From contig JANPLU010000080.1 of NCBI GenBank assembly GCA_031422435.1, forward strand, positions 1 to 20,522: a stretch of 20,522 nucleotides of DNA. Direction: 5' to 3'. Source of the DNA: Acaryochloridaceae cyanobacterium VAR_48_metabat_390 (GTDB lineage: Bacteria > Cyanobacteriota > Cyanobacteriia > Thermosynechococcales > Thermosynechococcaceae). Below are positions 17,467 through 20,522 of the stretch, piece by piece. How positions within the stretch are numbered: position 1 is the stretch's first letter; every line of letters begins with the position of its first letter. The position numbers were made by a program, and so were the translations under genes. The notes below the pieces were generated by a model. It was not told the DNA's origin. It made no database searches and saw only the letters and a list, made by a program, of their open reading frames with translations.

Positions 17467-18111
17467 ATGCCTTCTTCTAGCTTTTCCACCGTATCTATTC
17501 CCCTCGATACCATCCGCTACGACGAGAAAGGATTGGCTCCGGCCATTGTACAGGATTACCTAGACGGCACCGTTTTGATGATGGCCTGGATGAATAAAGA
17601 ATCGCTTCATAAAACGCTAGAAACAGGCCAAACGTGGTTTTGGAGCCGTTCTCGTCAAGAATTTTGGAACAAGGGTGCAACGTCGGGTCACGTCCAGCAC
17701 GTCAAGTCGATCCGCTATGACTGCGATAGCGACGCCCTTTTAGTCACCGTTGAGCAGATCGGTGATATTGCCTGCCACACCGGAGCGCGAAGCTGCTTTC
17801 ATCAGGTAGATGGCAAAATCATTCCCCCACCCGCTGATACGCTGTCTCAGGTCTTTGCGGTCATTTGCGATCGCAAAACTAACCCTAACCCAGACTCCTA
17901 TACCTGTAAGCTCCTCGAAGGGGGCGACAACAAAATTCTTAAAAAAATTGGGGAAGAGGCCGCTGAGGTGGTGATGGCGGTCAAGGATGACGATAAGGAT
18001 GCGATCGCAGGGGAAGCCGCAGACCTGTTTTTCCATACAATGGTTGCCCTAGCTCACCATGATGTCGATATCAAACAGGTCTATCGTAAACTGCAAGAAC
18101 GACGGCGTTAA
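17467..18111 (+). CDS. hisIE: Bifunctional phosphoribosyl-AMP cyclohydrolase / phosphoribosyl-ATP pyrophosphatase
   Basis: WSRSRQ.FW.KG.TSG, DCDSD and ACHTG..SCF in the first domain; [13 protein letters not shown] and EAADL.FH in the second. Confidence 0.96.
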   Translation: MPSSSFSTVSIPLDTIRYDEKGLAPAIVQDYLDGTVLMMAWMNKESLHKTLETGQTWFWSRSRQEFWNKGATSGHVQHVKSIRYDCDSDALLVTVEQIGDIACHTGARSCFHQVDGKIIPPPADTLSQVFAVICDRKTNPNPDSYTCKLLEGGDNKILKKIGEEAAEVVMAVKDDDKDAIAGEAADLFFHTMVALAHHDVDIKQVYRKLQERRR

Positions 18112-18839
18112 ACCAAAACTTCTACAGCACCAGAATCTAAATCGTAGTAGCCGCCCACAATTTTTAGCGTTTTTTGCTTAACGCGCTGGGCTAAAATGGG
18201 CTGCGAATTAGAGAGCGCTTGAACCACAGCTCTAACATTAGCTCGGACAGATTGATCTAGTAGCTCCCCAGGCTGAAACGCTCCAGACTGCTGCTGCTCG
18301 GCTTGGGCGATCGCCGGCTCTATCACTTTTGTCAGCGACTCAAGGTGTCCTGGTAGATGGGTTCCATTGGTGAGGGCATTAAGGGCTGCGGTTACTGCAC
18401 CGCACCGCTCATGACCTAAAACCATTACCAGCTTTACATTGAGCGATTCAACGGCATACTCAATACTGCCTAGGCTGGCATCATCGGCAATATTGCCTGC
18501 CACGCGAATGGTAAATAAAGATCCGAGTCCCTCATCAAAAATCAGCTCTGGCGGTACTCGCGAATCGGCGCAGCCCAAAATGACCGCGACAGGGGCTTGA
18601 GATTGTGCAAGACTTCGTATCCGTTCTAGCCCGTGGTCTGGGCTGAGGGACTGTCCGGTTGTAAAGCGCTGATTTCCTGCCATCAGCTGTTTCAGTACTG
18701 CATCGGCAGAAGGGGTCGCCGCAACAGCAGATTTGGGTTGAATTAAATCTAGCCCAAAATGGGTCACTAAAGTTCCAAAACCAATGATATGAAGCAGCGA
18801 TCGCCGTGAAAGGTCTCGGTTGAACGACATTTTGAACAC
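18108..18839 (-). CDS. Beta-class carbonic anhydrase with Tat signal peptide (EcaB-like)
   Basis: SRRSLL twin-arginine motif with an AVA cleavage site; GN.RF, CADSRV, RVAGN and HERCG zinc ligands. The stop overlaps the hisIE stop. Confidence 0.92.
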   Translation of the reverse strand: MFKMSFNRDLSRRSLLHIIGFGTLVTHFGLDLIQPKSAVAATPSADAVLKQLMAGNQRFTTGQSLSPDHGLERIRSLAQSQAPVAVILGCADSRVPPELIFDEGLGSLFTIRVAGNIADDASLGSIEYAVESLNVKLVMVLGHERCGAVTAALNALTNGTHLPGHLESLTKVIEPAIAQAEQQQSGAFQPGELLDQSVRANVRAVVQALSNSQPILAQRVKQKTLKIVGGYYDLDSGAVEVLV

Positions 18840-18994
18840 CTTGTTTTCCTCTTAAGGGCAGGCAACTTTTTTATAAAAGGCTGAGAGACTGTGTAGTAGC
18901 ACACTTAAAATTTCTACAGATGTCAGATTTTAAGATTTTGGGTTTCATACTAAAGAAAAGATAAATCTAGAGTCTGCACCAGTAGAGTTCTGCG

Positions 18995-19852
18995 TTGAGT
19001 CCCATGAGTCTTCCTCAGCTTATTATTCACAATAACGAGAGCGTAGAAATTTTAACGCTTTCAGGGATGACGATGTGGACATTTGGACGCAGTAAGGAAA
19101 ATACTGTGCAGATTCACGATCAGATGGCCTCTCGGATCCATGCACAGCTTGAAATTCATCAGAACGACCAGTATGTCTTCATTGACCTAAGCAGCCGCAA
19201 CGGGACGCTTATTAACGACGAGCTAGTCACCCAACCTCAATTACTCAAAGATGACGATCGCATTTGTATTGGTAATACAGTCTTAGTTTTTAAACAGCCG
19301 TTAGAGCATAGTTCAGAAAAAGACTCAAGCGGCTCTAACAAACAAGTCCTAATGCTTCATGCGTCTGCTGCTCAGACTGCATTTTGGCAGGAAATGCTAG
19401 CATTTCGAGGCGTTTCAATTGTCAAGGAAGGATCAGTTCCAGAATTCAAGAAACAGATTGACCTAGATGCAGCCTTAAGCCCAGAAACCCTGCCTAAAGT
19501 GCTGTTAATGGACGTTCGGGCCTATCAAGGCGACTGCTATCAACTCTGTCGCTGGATCCGTCAAAAGTACCCCCAGTATCAAATCTTTTTAACAGACAGT
19601 AAACGGCGCACACTATCTGCCCTTGAGCGTCAAGTCGCCATTAAAAATGGTGCGGCGAATCAGTTTCCAGCCATGAGTAGAAGAGATCTCGTCCTCAATA
19701 GTGCCGAGGTCTTGAGACAGGTCAATGAGGTGCTTCAGGCGCTCGACAGCAAATTAATTGAACAAGAAGAACTGTTGTTCATCCTGCGAACCAATAATGT
19801 CCTCAAAGATTGGCATTCTATAGAAAGTCCCGATACGCATGAGGTTGCCTGA
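18995..19852 (+). CDS. FHA domain fused to an atypical receiver-like domain
   Basis: FHA motifs FGR, SRIHA, DL.SRNGT and LKDDD.I.IG. The C-terminal alpha/beta domain has PKVLLMD and Y.LCRWIR. The start may be the ATG at 19004. Confidence 0.8.
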   Translation: MSPMSLPQLIIHNNESVEILTLSGMTMWTFGRSKENTVQIHDQMASRIHAQLEIHQNDQYVFIDLSSRNGTLINDELVTQPQLLKDDDRICIGNTVLVFKQPLEHSSEKDSSGSNKQVLMLHASAAQTAFWQEMLAFRGVSIVKEGSVPEFKKQIDLDAALSPETLPKVLLMDVRAYQGDCYQLCRWIRQKYPQYQIFLTDSKRRTLSALERQVAIKNGAANQFPAMSRRDLVLNSAEVLRQVNEVLQALDSKLIEQEELLFILRTNNVLKDWHSIESPDTHEVA

Positions 19853-19890
19853 AACAGTCCTCTATTCTTGGCTTGAGTGCGGCAACAGAC

Positions 19891-20522
19891 TTATCCAGGA
19901 TTTGAAGATCGCACGATGGGAGGTAGTGCTGGTGCTGGCGTATCTCTGGCCTTAAAAATGGCCTGAAGCGCTTGGTGCAGTGTTTGAGCCATCGCAATCT
20001 GGTTTTTATAGGCAACAATAACCCTCGCCAAAATGGGGAGCTTGTTTTGGGTGGCTTCTAGATAAAGGGGTTCAACATAAAGTAAAGACTTCTCCATCGG
20101 AATAATCAGCAGATTGCCCTGAATTGCTCTAGACCCTTGACGATTCCATAGCGAAATTTGCTGCGAAATCACCGGATCTTGGTTAATGCGCGCTTCGATT
20201 TGCTCTGGTCCATACACCAGCCGCTGCTTTGGAAAGGTATAGAGGAGCAATTTGCCATAGTTTTCACCATCAGAACGTGCCGCCAGCCAAGCAACTAAGT
20301 TAGAGCGCTGCATAGGGGTGAAGGGAAGCAGCAAAATAAATTCTTCAGTTTGAACGGTGGGGAGGCTGGTGATGAGGTAGTAAGGCTCCACGAACCGAGG
20401 TTTGTCCCCATAGATTTCTGTCGGGATTTGCCACTGATCTTCGCGGTTATAGAAGACCTGGGCGTCGGTCATGTGATAGATCATGAGCCGCTCAGACTGG
20501 AGCTTCAGAAAATCGACGGGAT
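19891..20522 (-). CDS. UPF0182 family membrane protein, C-terminal part (5' end outside the window)
   Basis: [41 protein letters not shown] and YVEPLYL. The frame stays open to the window edge ([16 protein letters not shown]). Confidence 0.93.
   Translation of the reverse strand, partial: PVDFLKLQSERLMIYHMTDAQVFYNREDQWQIPTEIYGDKPRFVEPYYLITSLPTVQTEEFILLLPFTPMQRSNLVAWLAARSDGENYGKLLLYTFPKQRLVYGPEQIEARINQDPVISQQISLWNRQGSRAIQGNLLIIPMEKSLLYVEPLYLEATQNKLPILARVIVAYKNQIAMAQTLHQALQAIFKARDTPAPALPPIVRSSNPG

Larger units (their letters stand above)
842..18804. repeat. Dispersed HIP1 palindromes (GCGATCGC), about 24 copies
   Basis: Seen at about 842, 1449, 2867, 3005, 4848, 6258, 9653, 9674, 10554, 10860, 11043, 11307, 11679, 12300, 13738, 14282, 16434, 16711, 16838, 17106, 17867, 18001, 18307 and 18797. 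Fewer than one copy would be expected by chance in 20 kb. Confidence 0.95.

Noticed and set aside
18890..18904. CRP-like site TGTG-N6-CACA upstream of the carbonic anhydrase and FHA genes
   Set aside because: The spacing is 2 nt short of TGTGA-N6-TCACA.
458..20018. The many 60-165 aa shadow ORFs lying inside or antisense to confident genes (e.g. 458-808, 7006-7350, 9875-10156, 10251-10748, 17740-18036)
   Set aside because: They have no motifs and are explained as alternate-frame by-products of real genes.
1..20522. The whole window as a single envelope or biofilm system (cellulose synthase, WcaJ-like protein, pilins, ABC exporters)
   Set aside because: These genes are interspersed with housekeeping genes in mixed orientations, as is typical of cyanobacterial gene order; the sequence alone does not support one system.

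Overview
Cyanobacterial chromosomal DNA: about 24 HIP1 octamers (GCGATCGC, counted by eye) plus cyanobacterial families such as COP23, CrtR and a Yfr2-like sRNA. Most of the window is ordinary core or envelope content: a COP23-domain protein, crtR, a DrrA/DrrB-type ABC pair, an orphan ECF-type ATPase, a small conserved protein, a cellulose-synthase-like GT2, a DM13 protein, tRNA-Leu(GAG), lipA, an ABC half-exporter, a WcaJ-like protein, three pilin-like genes, a stand-alone DALR protein, a Cof HAD, hisIE, a Tat-exported beta carbonic anhydrase, an FHA/receiver-like fusion and a truncated UPF0182 gene. I saw no CRISPR array, prophage, transposase or defence system. The items most worth follow-up are (1) a WcaJ-like phosphoglycosyl transferase whose catalytic Asp-Glu dyad reads Glu-Ser, transcribed divergently from the minor-pilin cluster; (2) an unannotated Yfr2/Cyano-1 sRNA with its own promoter and a variant Yfr1-pairing seed; (3) a roughly 190-bp nested-hairpin MITE-like element beside the tRNA; and (4) a 44-codon small ORF missing from the ORF track. 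All family assignments come from motif recognition, not from database searches.
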